A stretch of 64,000 nucleotides of DNA. Source: Octopus bimaculoides. Taxonomy: Eukaryota. The number at the start of each line of letters is the position of its first letter. The first letter of the stretch is position 1. The notes beneath the pieces are model-generated. The model was not told the origin of the DNA. It did not search any database and was given only the letters and a program-made list of their open reading frames with translations. The position numbers and the translations under genes were made by a program. Shown one piece after another: positions 25,464-38,705 of this stretch. The DNA lies in the NCBI RefSeq assembly GCF_001194135.2, contig NC_068984.1, positions 73,735,112 to 73,799,111 on the forward strand, given 5' to 3'.

Positions 25464-25550
25464 CTGCTGTAACTATTGTTTCTACTACTACTGCTGTAAC
25501 TATTGTTTCTACTACTACTGCTGCAACTATTGATACTACTACTGCTGCTG
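25464..25550. repeat. 27-bp minisatellite, about 3 copies
   Basis: Unit ctgctgtaactattgtttctactacta at 25464 and 25491; variant at 25518. Confidence 0.85.
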
Positions 25551-26094
25551 CCGTTGATTGCCACTCTATGAACAGATACATAATTAAAGGCATTTGATGC
25601 CATTTACTGCCCATCTCTTTGTTCAAGCATAATATATCTAGGACTACAGTATCCATTGTGTCCTTCACTTTTCATTTGTGATTTAAGCTAGATTTCGCTG
25701 CTATTTCTAGCTGGTTGAAGAAACAAGTAACGATAATCCCGACCATTACAGTTTCATATATTCCCCACTTAAAAACTCGTTTCTGTCTAAGCAAAAGCAA
25801 TATTCCATATCCCAGTATATTACAGCTGTATAAAGTAAGAAATTCACTCCCTGACTACATGGTCCGAATTCATTCATACTCCATGGTAAATTTGGAAACT
25901 GCTTTCTACAACTTCAGGCTGACCAAAGACTTGCGAATAAAGTTTGGTAAGCCAAAATTGCATGAAAGACTTTTGGTAGGAGCGTTCCTCTTTGTTCTGT
26001 TTAACGCCACCGCTTGGGATATGGGTGGATGTCTCGAGTGGACTTTACTCTGTTGTAAGCATCCAAACCATGCTTTCTGTCTGCGGATAACTTT

Positions 26095-26125
26095 CTACTT
26101 TCCTCCTACGAATCCTGGAGGAGGC
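26095..26125 (-). CDS. Candidate last coding exon of a putative secreted peptide precursor (T-PPPGFVGGK*)
   Basis: Minus-strand acceptor ttaaattttcgctag (AG at 26127..26126); G CCT CCT CCA GGA TTC GTA GGA GGA AAG TAG. Model only, no homologue recognised. Confidence 0.3.
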
Positions 26126-28024
26126 CTAGCGAAAATTTAAGACACGTTTCCCTTTTTTTTCGGATTAAGTTACTTGTTTTCACTGCGCAAGTATTAGCCG
26201 CTGATTATAAATGTGTTAGACATACTTTCAATCGATTCTCTCTTCTGAAGTTTAATGAAAAAAATTAATCGATTTATAAAACAGACAGGTACCAGAGTTT
26301 TCATTTATGCTAGAAATGTACAGTCGTTTAAATTGACTTCATGGCATAATTAGAAAATTATTTCATTGACACTGGAGAAGGGAAAGACGAAGTCGAGCCC
26401 AGAATGGTTAGGACGGATTATGCAATGAAATACTAAAGATCGAGGCAACGATGTACAAATCTTCGCCAACCATATGAGCTAGCATTCTTTAACCAGTATA
26501 CTTGTGTGCTGCTATTGGTACGAAGGTATGTCGCGATTTTTAGAAATGAGTCGGAAAGGACTAAGATATTTAGAGGACTAGAGTGTTTTTAATTACACCA
26601 TACGGGTGCATGTTTGGCCGTTTCTGTTTTTAAAATATATCTAAAATGCTTGCATATAATTTTAAAGAAAACCTTTAAGCAATGTAGGTGAAAATTTAGG
26701 CAAAATATGCAAAGCGATGCCCACATATAAAACAATGACAAATGATTGCATCATCCTACATAGTTTGTTTAATGCTTACATAATATTTTGGGAAAGATCC
26801 CCCTTATTAAGTATAAGATAGAAAATAATGCACGAGTTCAGAAAAAAGGCGTTATTGTAGACAGGTTATTTCTGTGATGTGAGGATAAACCAAAAGACAC
26901 TTGCCTGAGATTCCACGCAGTGGCTTCGAACTCAGGACACAGTGACTGCGAAGCGTTCTTCTTAATCATTCGGTCACATATTTAACTAACACGCGCGTAC
27001 ATTCATGCTTGTATTCTTGGTCCAGTCTTGAATCCAGATCCGGAAGAGACCATATTTCAATATTTAGTTTGTCTCTTGTCTTTATTTTCTCATTCATTGC
27101 TGTTCTTGATTCTGTTACTATCCCTCAAATAGCCTCAAATTGACTAAGTTGTTAGTGTCGGCTGGAATGATTTTTGCGGTATTTATTTTGACTTTTGAGT
27201 TCTAATACCGACAGCTTTCTTTTTCATTCTTCTTCGGATTGATGCTTATCAGTCCTAAACTGCGACTGAGTATTCTTTCTGTTTTCCTGGAGTAGCAACC
27301 CAACGATCACTGGAGAGTTTGCCGAAAATCAGGGTTTTTAAAACTACTCATACACGAATCATAGAACCGTAGCCCCGTGAAAGATTTCTTCAACGAAGTT
27401 CATAATTCGTATATGGGCAGTAATTTTTAACCAATGAGAAATCAATAATTTCTCATGTTCGGGCAAACGAACTTACGTTCTCTCTCACTTTGAAGGGGGA
27501 TCGTCTCTGGCTAGAACAGGGAGGGCTGAGCACCAACATTTAAAAATGTCCAAGGTATACCGTATGTCTCGACGGTGCCTCTGCTTTTCTATAAGGAGCC
27601 GATAGTCTAAGGCAAAGCAAGTATTCCAACGCTATTTTTGTTTCTTAAAAATGATAAAAAGAAAGATTTGTTCATTTCCTTCGTTTTTTAATCACACCTT
27701 TTATGACGTCATTTTATTATTCATTGTGACATCATCAAAGTAGTGAGATTTTATTTTTAGCTTATTTTGAATTTACATCGTATTCAACAGAAAGGTCTCA
27801 CGATATCGGAAGCTTGTCTGCTCATCAATACAAACACATATACAAATACACGCATGCACTTTTACGCATATTTGTGCACTCACTCGTGCACTTACATACA
27901 CGTAGGTGCACATATATACATAGATTTGCTCGCAAGCAAGCACACAACTTACTCAATTTTAGCCACTCAACTGTTCTGAAGGTCCAAAAAAATATTGTAT
28001 TTATCTGCAGCGTAGCTAGAGTGT

Positions 28025-28414
28025 GCCGCCCGCGAATTTTTTTCCCACGAGAGATCCGGACCCCAGTTACGAACTCATTTGCGTACAGCCAGTCAGAGCT
28101 CAACTATCAAACTAATTTATGGGCGCATAACAAGTGATGGGCAATAAGATAAGGTCACTTGAGTAAGGAATGACCATGCTACTTTTCTCTTTTAATAATT
28201 CTTGTTAGGCATAATCTGAGGGCTGAACGGCCCCTTTCCTTTCACACTTTTTAAACAATCCTTCTACAGTCTGCTTGCACCAATGCGGTTTCTGCCACCA
28301 GCAACAACCCTTGTTAACTTGACAACAAGGTCAAAGTGAGCTCTGGTTGGCTGTATGCAAATGAGTTCATTACTGGGGTCCGGAACTATCGTGGGGAAAA
28401 TTTTCGCCTGCCGC
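28025..28414. repeat. 77-bp imperfect inverted repeats (28025..28101, 28338..28414) around a 236-bp spacer; MITE-like
   Basis: The right arm gagctctggttggctgtatgcaaatgagttcattactggggtccgg... is the reverse complement of the left arm ccggaccccagttacgaactcatttgcgtacagccagtcagagctc. Confidence 0.75.
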
Positions 28415-28784
28415 CTCGGGTAGCCCTTGAGTTTCCTGTCACTCCTACACACACACCACCACTATCACACGCTTATAGAACAGAAGCAAAAGTGCTGCCC
28501 CTTTAAAAGTATTGCGCAGGGCTCACTTCCGTCGCTCACCATCGCTCCCTCATCCCACACCAGCTACGCTACTCGGATGGATAGAACAATAATTCGTTGT
28601 GCATCCTGTAACCGTTTCCTCCTTTCAATCTTGTTTTTGTGTTCCCTTTTTTGACAGTCCAACGTCTTCATTTTCTTATACATACACATATATATGTGAT
28701 AAGAAAAAGTTATTGAATACACGATGCAATATTATGTGATATATTGCATAAAATTAAGTAACCTTAGCATCCTGGATTTTAAAT

Positions 28785-28965
28785 GTTGGTACAAGGCCAG
28801 CAAGATCTGGGGAGAGAGTAAGTCGATTACATCAACCCCAGTACTTAACTGGTACTTATTTTATCGACTGCGAAAGGATGAAAGGCAAAGTCGACCTCGG
28901 TGGAATTTGAAACAAGAACGTAAAGACGGATTTTGCCTGGTGTGATAATGATTCTACCAGCATCC
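28785..28965 (-). mobile_element. SINE family A copy
   Basis: ggtacttattttatcgactgcgaaaggatgaaaggcaaagtcgacctcggtggaatttgaa; CpGs retained. Confidence 0.75.
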
Positions 28966-30326
28966 TTGGTATTAAGATAAATAAATTTAGCAAAAGTTAT
29001 GCAAATAATTAAGAATTCTTTTCAAACTAAAAATGATTTTTCCACAGAAGTCTCCAAGTTTTCCTCTCGAATATTCTAGTTTATGACTTGCAAACATTGC
29101 CCAACATCGAACCATTACGTAACTACTACTACTAACTGTGTGACAACAGGGCAGTAACGAAGATCCATACTGCATAATTTAAGTTCTGATTGCTACTAGA
29201 TTCTGTGAAGTATTTCTTCTGTCACTTCACTGAATCTGTTTCTCCAAACACTTCAAGATAGAGAAAATTACATAAGAACATTCATTTCTAACATTGATGC
29301 ACCGACGCAGAAATATGGAGGAGCCTTCAAATACATACATACATACATACATACATACATACATACATACATACATACATACATACAGATGAGATCCAGG
29401 GATGCTCAGTATAGAAAACACTTAGTAACGCTCCAATGATTTGAGCTTAAACTCCGAAATCCTTAGCGCGGTCTAAGTCCGCAGCGTAAAGAGTGACTAT
29501 AAGAGGAATCTAGGCGAGCAGATATAGAAACAATGATGTAAATAAACAAATGAAACCACTTGGGCTAAACATACAAAATATACATACATATATACACATG
29601 TAAACATAGAGAAACTAAATGCTGAAAATATTCAGATGTGATGTATATTCATGAGTAAATATATAGATATTTATGGTTTAACAGAGCGGGCTTACACGGA
29701 ATACAAAGGCATAGGAGATTAAAGGGAGAAGGTATGGTGTTACAAGTCCGACCACTTTTTCTGGGGGCACGGAATTACTTCATAATGTTGGAAGATGTAG
29801 TTCGCAAAACGTCAAGAATATGCAACCAGTCGTGGAAGCATATAAACATTATGAGCATTATTTTGGTATTTATGGGAGCAACTGTCTTCGAAGACTCGTA
29901 TTATCGTTCAATGCTCGAAATGAGGAATAGATAGACAGCCGACAACTGATGAAGGGTCATTCTTTGTGTTACTTGTCCTGTTTTCTTTTTTTTTCTTGTT
30001 GTTTGCGTAACTCATTTGCTTTCGTATTTCATGTTGTTTACTGTTGGTGACGTCCTGACACATATATGCATATATATATATATTTGACGCTATCCTACGT
30101 TAAATTCAACTTACGTTGAAAGTCAACAAAGTTTAGTCAAGAAGCGTTGAGATGTATTGAAAGATACAGCTAAGAAAATAATTTCATTCTCCAATGCCGA
30201 CAGATTTTTCTGCAAAATATGCACACTTTATCATGTTCATGCTATATTATTAGCATTATTCTGCATTTGAGGATAACATTATTTCCTTATCTGTATATAT
30301 ATGATTGTGTGTGTGTAGATTTATAC

Positions 30327-30373
<47 letters not shown>

Positions 30374-30383
30374 NNNNNNNNNN

Positions 30384-31240
30384 CATACGTTTTGTTTGCA
30401 ATGTCCTATACCCAGATATGCACCTATATATACAGGTAGATGTAGGTATGCACATACTTATACGTATATATGCATATACTCATTTATTATTTGTTTTACA
30501 TGATCGAACGCACGCATCATCCCTGCAAGTAAGTTTTGAACTTTATATTTTCTGACGCGACTCTATCTATCTCTGAATCTTTTCCTCCCTCTCGTTCTTC
30601 TTTCTGTTACTACTATATCTCTTCCTTCCTCTCTTTTTCTCGTTGCTACTACTATATCTCTCTTTCCCCCTCTCATTCTTCCTTCTGTTACTACTATATC
30701 TCTCTCTTCCTCTCTTTCTCTCGTTGCTCACCTATTTTCTACTTCCTCCCCCTTTTCTCCCTTTACCACCCTTTCTGTGTCCAGCTACTAATTCTTTTCT
30801 TCCTTGGCTATCGCCAAGCAAACATACGAACCTACTTTGTCCCGCTTGCTTCCAGTTCGTTGTTTCACAGCGTTCAATATACACATAATTTTTCACATCT
30901 GGCCGTATAGCCTTTTCCGTTTGTTTTCCTGTCTTGTTTTCTGTCCGCCACTACATTCCTCCATGGTACAAATTTAATTTGTGGTCCGTGGGAAGAGCCA
31001 TTTTAACAATACGTCCTGCCCTAACTCTTCGAAACGCCTGTGTTAGAATGGTGGCAGCTGACGAAGGAAAATATTCTCTATGTGGCCTGTGTGTTTTATG
31101 TACTCTAGTTATTATTATTTTTTTGTCTACGTTTTGTTTGCAACGTCCTGTACCCAGATATGCACCTGTATATACAGGTAGATGTAGGTATGCACATACT
31201 TGTACGTATATATGCATATACTCATTTATTATTTGTTATA
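30384..31240 (+). mobile_element. Probable Penelope-like 3' end with ~112-bp direct repeat (30384..30496, 31128..31238)
   Basis: The direct repeat is seen directly. Upstream of copy 2 the frame reads VGRAILTIRPALT, resembling a GIY-YIG C-terminal (I..RPxLN) motif. A partial tandem terminal repeat is typical of PLEs. Confidence 0.4.
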
Positions 31241-33924
31241 CATACATATATATATATATATATATATTTATATTAAGGGCATTATTACACGTAAATGCCT
31301 CACGCTGTTAGGGACTATATATATATATATATAAAAGAAATTTTGTTGAAGAGATTTTCCCCACGTGATGAATTGTAGTGAAAAAATATATTAAATAGAA
31401 GAAGAAAAATGCACTTAATTTGCATATTTTTAATATATTTTAAAGGATAGAATATCATGATAGTCTACCGGTTTCGCTAATCATGACATTGAAATTGGTG
31501 AGAATGTTGAAATTTCGCATTTTTCTTAAGGAGTTTTTAGTCCATATTGCTTGTATGAAAGTTTATTTGATGGATAGATAGATATAGTACATATATCCAT
31601 ATATAAAGTGTTTGCAGTGGTGATTGCCTTAAACGTAATAATCCTCACTCATCAGCGTTGTTGGCATTATCGCTGTCTCCCTCCCTCCCCCCTCTCTCTC
31701 TGCTCCTCCTCCTCCTCCTTTTTATATTTATTATCACCATCACTACCACCACATTCACCATGCACCCAGAAGATGCGAACCAATACCATCCCTCTCAGCC
31801 TTTAGCGACTTGATAACGACAAAGGATCTTTTCTTCGTATGTATATATATATATATATTCATATATATTTTTGCCACAATACAATCCGAACATTTAAGTA
31901 GCGACTTGGTTAAAGAATGAAGGGAACAAATTGCAACCAACACTATGTAACCATGCATTCCCCTTCCAGTCCTTACTCCCTGTTAGCCCTTCCTTTTACT
32001 CCTGCAACCCTATTCTTTCTTCGGTGGTTATCCTCCCTCCCTCCCACGTCTCCTCTTCATTATGATAATCAGACGGCATCACCAGTCGTGTATGCCTTTT
32101 TTCTCTTATTTGCTGCTTTCTTGTTTGCCCCCCCCCCACTTTCTTATTCATTTCTTTTCTTCTGCTTTGCATCTCTCACTCCTTCTCCTTTTCCCCCCTC
32201 TCTTCTTTGGTGTTAATGACGTTGTTGTGATTGTGGTTGCTGTTCTTATTGCTTTTATTGTTGTTGTTGTTGTTCTTCTTCTTCTTCTTCTTCTTCTCCT
32301 NNNNNNNNNNNNNNNNNNNNNNNNNNNNNNNNNNNNNNNNNNNNNNNNNNNNNNNNNNNNNNNNNNNNNNNNNNNNNNNNNNNNNNNNNNNNNNNNNNNN
32401 NNNNNNNNNNNNNNNNNNNNNNNNNNNNNNNNNNNNNNNNNNNNNNNNNNNNNNNNNNNNNNNNNNNNNNNNNNNNNNNNNNNNNNNNNNNNNNNNNNNN
32501 NNNNNNNNNNNNNNNNNNNNNNNNNNNNNNNNNNNNNNNNNNNNNNNNNNNNNNNNNNNNNNNNNNNNNNNNNNNNNNNNNNNNNNNNNNNNNNNNNNNN
32601 NNNNNNNNNNNNNNNNNNNNNNNNNNNNNNNNNNNNNNNNNNNNNNNNNNNNNNNNNNNNNNNNNNNNNNNNNNNNNNNNNNNNNNNNNNNNNNNNNNNN
32701 NNNNNNNNNNNNNNNNNNNNNNNNNNNNNNNNNNNNNNNNNNNNNNNNNNNNNNNNNNNNNNNNNNNNNNNNNNNNNNNNNNNCTCCTTCCCATTTTCGT
32801 TATCGTTTCGTTTATTTTTCTTTTATCTCTTACTTTTCACATGAATAGAAAACGGTTACAATAACTCTTGTCCCTGTGAATACAGCATCAGTAACAACAA
32901 TAGCAACAACAAATGTAACCACACCGCTACCGCCATCACTATCATCACTGCCAACATCGCAATTAAAAAAAAAACAGTATCGCCCCCACCACCACCCAAT
33001 AACCCCCCACCCAACAACAACAATAACAGACTTTTGAGCTATTTGTTCTACATCTCTTCACTCAAATCCCACCAAGATCTTTGCTTTTCATTTTTGATGT
33101 GGTCGATAAAAAAAAAAACAGAAAATACCTATCCAAGACTGTTGATTGGTGGTACCATAAAAACGTCGGTGGGTGGGAAAAACTTAATACGACGCCCGGT
33201 TTAACACCACCATCAGACACCTTGGTTGCATTTAGCAGAGTCCATTCTGTTGCAAGCGCGCCAGCCAGGCTTGCGAAATCGAAAATCTTCCTCCTTCCTT
33301 CCCAGTAGTCGCAGAGGCACTGTAACAGATCACGGAGTTATGTCTTTCCCTTTTGACTAAAACGATAAATATAAAAAAAAACAACAACAACAACACCTGC
33401 CTCAGTTTCAACAAGAAACAAACAACATTTCCCCACCCCACTCTCCACACATGAAATATAATGCAAGGCTTTAACTTTTATATAATACCGCCGGGTCAGC
33501 AGGGGGTGATTCAGTTTCATAATATAATTGGGTGCGACTTCTGACGATGACAACAGCCTTGATGGTGAACGCAGTGCGACAAAGGTGAATGCCCTAGAAA
33601 GAATTAGCTGGGGTGCAGCCAACCAGTCAAGTCATTGAACCCGGCATAGCCAGCCAAGTTAATAGTAGATCCCTTGTTTCAGATGGTGTGCGCCGCCAAG
33701 CGATTTTTGCAGAGATAACATAGCAAGATCGCCATGGTTTGTTGAAAACAAGAAAAAATAAAAAACTAAATAATTGCATGCATTCGAGTGTGTGCGTGTC
33801 TCTGTTTGTCTGTCTGTCTGTCTGTCTGTTTAAATGTATGTATATATGTATGTATGTATGTATGTATGTACATAACATTCTTTTGGGGGTAACTGGATCT
33901 CGAGGTACATATAAAGCTATGAAT

Positions 33925-34142
33925 AATAGTTTCAGATTTTGGAATGAGGTTATCAGTTTTTGAGGGAAGGGGAAGTCGATTGTATCGACTCCTGCGCTCA
34001 GTTTATACTTGTTTTATCGACCTCGAAAGGATGAAAGGTAACGTCGATATCAGCGGAATTTGAACACAGGACGTAAATCCAGAAGAAACGCTGCTGAGCA
34101 TTTTATCCGGCGCAGTGACGACTCCGCTAGCTCAACGCCTTA
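33925..34142 (-). mobile_element. SINE family A copy
   Basis: atcgacctcgaaaggatgaaaggtaacgtcgatatcagcggaatttgaacacaggacg; CpG-rich. Confidence 0.75.
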
Positions 34143-34745
34143 TAAAATACGATCAGTAGCATAGCATATAAATATTGGTTTGAGAAACCCTCTTCGATAG
34201 AAAAAATATTCCACGTTCTCTCAAAAGTTCATGATTTCATTTGAGGTCAGCCGTCTATAAGTATATAAAGCAAAGGAGGTCTCTCTCTCTGTGTAATAAG
34301 TATGTATTTCTACAGTTTTCAACCAATTTCCACCAAACTTTACACACACATTACTTATGTACTAAAGATGGTCATGCACTATAATTTTCCCCCAGATATC
34401 TAAAAACTGAAGTTTTCAACCGACACTTTCCCTTTACTCATTCTCTGTTTCTTACATACATTCTCTCTCACCCTCTGAAATAGTTCCTTTCTTTTAGTCT
34501 GTCTTCTTTCCTTCCTTCTTTCTCCCTCTACTTCGTTTCCTTCTTTTTCTTTCTTCCTTTTCTTCCTTCCATCCTTTCTTTCTCTTTTTTTTCTTCCTCT
34601 CCCTCCCTCTTTTTTCTTTCTTTTCCTCTTTCTATTTGATTAAAGGTAGTGCTCCAGCACGGCCACAATCAAATGACTGACACAAGTAAAAGAATAAAAA
34701 AAATTATGACATTTTCATCCCGAGCAACGTCGGGTATCTCTGCCA

Positions 34746-34783
<38 letters not shown>

Positions 34784-34929
34784 TCCCCCCTCTCTCANNN
34801 NNNNNNNNNNNNNNNNNNNNNNNNNNNNNNNNNNNNNNNNNNNNNNNNNNNNNNNNNNNNNNNNNNNNNNNNNNNNNNNNNNNNNNNCTTTCTTAGCTCT
34901 CCTGAAATAAGAATTTCTAACTTCCGGTC

Positions 34930-35153
34930 AGTCAGCCATTGTTATGATCGGCCATTATTATGATTGACCGTTGACTGAACACTATTCAATTTTTTTTTCT
35001 CCGTGTTTTTCTCCTTGTCTCCGTATTCTTTCTGTTGAAGAGCGTAGCTCGAAACGTCAAAGACTTTCCGTATTCCCGAGCGTCATACTAATATATACTT
35101 TTGTTATTTACACCACCTGTCCTCGTCTGTTGTTATTTTTTGTATAATCTCCC
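34930..35153 (+). mobile_element. Solo Penelope-like pseudo-LTR
   Basis: Homologous to 48207..48412, which lies next to a Penelope RT relic; contains a hammerhead motif and ends at (TA)n. Confidence 0.65.
35027..35063 (+). ncRNA. Minimal hammerhead ribozyme motif, variant core
   Basis: UCUUU-CUGUUGA-A-GAGC-GUA-GCUC-GAAAC-GUC-AAAGA: 5-bp stem I, 4-bp stem II, no stem III, GUC triplet. Confidence 0.6.
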
Positions 35154-35159
35154 ATATAT

Positions 35160-35385
35160 ATATATTAATATATAAAACTGAAAAAGTCTGTCTGAATCCC
35201 TAAAACACGAGAACTGCACAACCGATTTCATTCAAATTTTACACATGCCTTAATTATCTATGCAGTGTCATGGGCCGAAAAAATTTTCAACTTCTTGCCT
35301 AATGCGAGCCCAGAAGCAATCTCTTATTTCTTACACTATTTCAGTATTACATATCAAAAGTGAAACAATAATATCTCTATCGTAA
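35160..35385 (+). mobile_element. Possible Helitron-type 5' remnant
   Basis: tatataaaactg...gtctgtctg...gagaactgcacaaccgatttcattcaaatttt resembles non-autonomous Helitron 5' ends; no 3' end found. Confidence 0.35.
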
Positions 35386-35454
35386 TGTCATATACTTTCA
35401 GTTATAATAGTAAAACTATTAATACTTTCACTATGTATATGCATACATACATAC

Positions 35455-35497
<43 letters not shown>

Positions 35498-35711
35498 ATA
35501 ATACAAAGAATATATATACATGTATACACACATATATGTACATACTTACATCTACATGTGTATATACATGCATATCAGGGTACAGGACGTTAGAACAATA
35601 AACTACAGACAACGGAACGAACATATAGGAAAACGGAAAGCCACTTGGAATATCCCTTCATCAGCTGTCTCTATTCTATCTAGACGTTTCGATATATATA
35701 TATATATATAC

Positions 35712-35761
<50 letters not shown>

Positions 35762-35834
35762 GCATATAAATTGTCGACCTTGTGTCTAAGTTTGAAATCG
35801 ATGTTAATACAGCTTCTGTCGCTATTAATTAATC

Positions 35835-36260
35835 CTTTATATTATAGGCACAAGGCCTGAAATTTGAGGGGAGAGGACCAGTCGATTAGATGGACCACAG
35901 TACGCAACTGGTACTTAATTTATCGGCCACGAAAGGAGGAAAGGCAAAGTCGACCTCATCGGAATTTGAACTCAGAGCGTGAAGACCGTTAAGCATTACG
36001 CCCGGCGTGTTAACGATTCTGCCAGCTCGTCGCCCAGTCGCTATTAATTAATGATTATACACACACACAATGAATATTAATGGGAATGCTTTTTTAATAA
36101 TAAATTTGTCATCAATATAGGCTTAAAATTTTTGAACAAGGCCAGAAATTCCGGGGTGTGGATAAGTTGGCTAAATCGACCCAGTGCTCAGCTGGTACTT
36201 ATTTTATCGACCCTGAAAGGATGAAATGCAAAATCAACCTCGGCGGAGTTTGAACTTAAA
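35835..36260 (-). mobile_element. Two tandem SINE family A copies (35835..36032, 36118..36260)
   Basis: Family body in reverse complement, CpG-rich. Confidence 0.75.
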
Positions 36261-36376
36261 ATATTTCCACGATATTAACGTAACATTTCTGTGAAGTATC
36301 TCAGCCAAACCTTCTTCATAGATGTAGAAACGATAAATTTCAGTGAATTATGCTTATTCCTATAAAGAATGTTTCC

Positions 36377-36765
36377 AGGCATTGCAGTGTGATTAAGAAA
36401 TTTGCTTTGTAATCACATGGTTTCAGGTTCAGTCCCTCTCTGCAGCACTTTGGCTAAGTTTTTTTTTTCTACTATAGTCCCGGAACGACAAATGCTTTGC
36501 GAGTGAATTTGTACAACGGAAACTGTGTGGAAGCCCGTCGTATATACGCGTGTGGGTATGTGTGCATGTTTGTGCGTGAGAGTGTCTTTCTGTTTGTGTT
36601 TATCCCCACTACCGCTTCACAACCGGAGTTGGTTTGTTTATATTCCCGTTACTTTGTGGTTCGGCAAAAGAGAGTGATGGAATACGTACTAGACTTAAAA
36701 GTAAGTCCTGGGGTTGATCTGTACGACAACAAACACTTCAAGGTGGTGTCCCAGCATGGCTGCAG
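36377..36765 (+). mobile_element. SINE family B, left member of a tail-to-tail inverted pair
   Basis: Head caggcattgcagtgtgattaagaaatttgc...ggttcagtccc; tail cccagcatggctgcag. Confidence 0.8.
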
Positions 36766-36781
36766 ATAATAAATTCTTATA

Positions 36782-36966
36782 TTCTTTTGTTTTAGTCATT
36801 TGACTGCGGCCATGCTGGAGCACCGCCTTGAAGCGTTTTAGTCGAACAAATCGACCCCCAGGACTTATTTTTTAAAGCCTAGTTCTTATTCTACCAGTCT
36901 CTTCTGCTGAACCACTGAGTTACGGAGACGGAAACACACCAGCGCCTGTGATGGTGATGGGAGGAT

Positions 36967-37012
<46 letters not shown>

Positions 37013-37174
37013 GACGAACTTCTTTCAGTTTCCATCTACTTAATCTACTCACAAGGCTTTGGTCGACCCGAGGCTATAGTAGAATACACTTGCCCAAGGT
37101 GCCACGTAGTGAGACTGAAACCGGAACTATGTGGTTGAGAAGCAAACTTCTTACCACACAGCCACGCCTGCGCC
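36782..37174 (-). mobile_element. SINE family B, right member of the inverted pair
   Basis: Head ggcgcaggcgtggctgtgtggtaagaagtttgc; CpG-rich. Confidence 0.85.
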
Positions 37175-38003
37175 TCTACAAAACCTTTTCTGCTTTTAAT
37201 TTCCCGCTTGTTGTACATCAACAAATATTTTAGAGTAAAATAATATATTTACCTTGCAAACAGGGAGACTTAATTGTTTTCCTGACTTAAAGTTTTTGTT
37301 AAATAATTTATCTGTCTTCAAAGATGCGTAGTTTCATATATAGGAATAAACTGCATTCAATAAATCGGAAAACGTTCACAACAGAATTGAATGTTTTACT
37401 GACTGAAGAGGATTTTACTAAAATCTCTCTTCATCCAGTTTTCTCGTCCTCGTCTTCGTCTTCATCCTTTCATCGTATATCCATTCTTGTTTTGAGAGTG
37501 AAATATTAATAGCCGTTATTTTTTCTTTTCTTATTCCGACGACTCACAAAGAAAAGTAACCTCTGATCAAACCTTGTTTCATTCCTTTCCATATGTAAAT
37601 TCAATGAATGACTTGAATAATTACTGTTTTTTTTTGTTTTGTTTTTTTTCCTTATTTCATTTCTTATTTATGAGGAAAAGTGGCAAATTATGACATCATA
37701 ATAGAAATTTAATGTAATTTTCAAACGACTTTTCCTATACACCATTCTGTGATGCACTTGGAAACATCATGTTTCCTGAGATCATAATATAGACAAGGAA
37801 CAATATCAAATATATTATTAACTCCCTTTTATTTTCTGCTGTGAAAAATCATGATTGAAGTAACGTCATAATGGAACATTTTTCAAATTCTATACTATGC
37901 CTTTTTTCGTGATATTTTTGACAAAGCGTATGACGGATGGAAGGACAGACTGACCAACGGTTAGAGAAAGAAACGTGGCTCTTAAACATAATATAGGTTT
38001 AAT

Positions 38004-38651
38004 ATTCTTTCTACTATAGGAACAAGGCTTAAAATCTTGGGAAGGGAGTAATCGATTACATCGTCCCCAATGCTCAACTGGTACTTATTTTATTGACTCC
38101 AAAAGGATGAAAAGCAAAGCCGACCTCGGTAGATTTTGAACTCAGAGAATAACAACGCTCGAAATGCCGGCGTGCTAACGATTCGGCCAGCTTGCTGCCT
38201 TTATAATATAAATTTAATATATTCTTTTCTACTCTAGGCTCAAGGCCCGAAATTTTGAGGGAGAGGGCCAGTCGATTAGATCGACCTAGTACACAACTAA
38301 CTGGTACTTAATTTATTGACCCCTAAAGGAGGAAAAGCAAAGTTGACCTCAGAACGTAAAGACAGACGAAATACCGTTAAGCATTTCGCCCGGCGTGCTA
38401 ACGTTTCTGCCAGCTCGCTGCCTTGTAGATTTAATATATTACATGAACAATTGGCAGAACCATTAGCTCGCCCAGCTAAAAAAATTGCGGTATTTAGTCC
38501 GTCTTTACTTTCTGAGTTCAAATTCCGCCAAGGTTGACTTCGCCTTTCATCTTTTCGGGGTCGATAAAATAAGTAGCATTTGAACACTGGTGTCGATGTT
38601 ATCGACTCACCCTCTCCCCTGAAATTCTGGCTTGTGCCACAATTTGAAACC
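38004..38651. mobile_element. Cluster of three SINE family A copies (-,-,+)
   Basis: 38004..38202 (-), 38220..38424 (-), 38449..38651 (+). The last is flanked by a 15-bp TSD AATATATTACATGAA (38433..38447, 38652..38666). Confidence 0.85.
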
Positions 38652-38665
38652 AATATATTACATGA

Positions 38666-38705
<40 letters not shown>

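Noticed and set aside
25709-25720. 12-nt match to part of miR-133 on the minus strand
   Set aside because: The seed end does not match and there is no hairpin.
25715-26140. 141-aa plus-strand ORF
   Set aside because: Starts at TTG, has no recognisable domain or splice context, and is antisense to the candidate last exon.
31020-31075. Permuted hammerhead-like words GAAAC...CUGACGA
   Set aside because: No GUH triplet and only about 3 bp of stem II; it needs an assumed deletion to fold.
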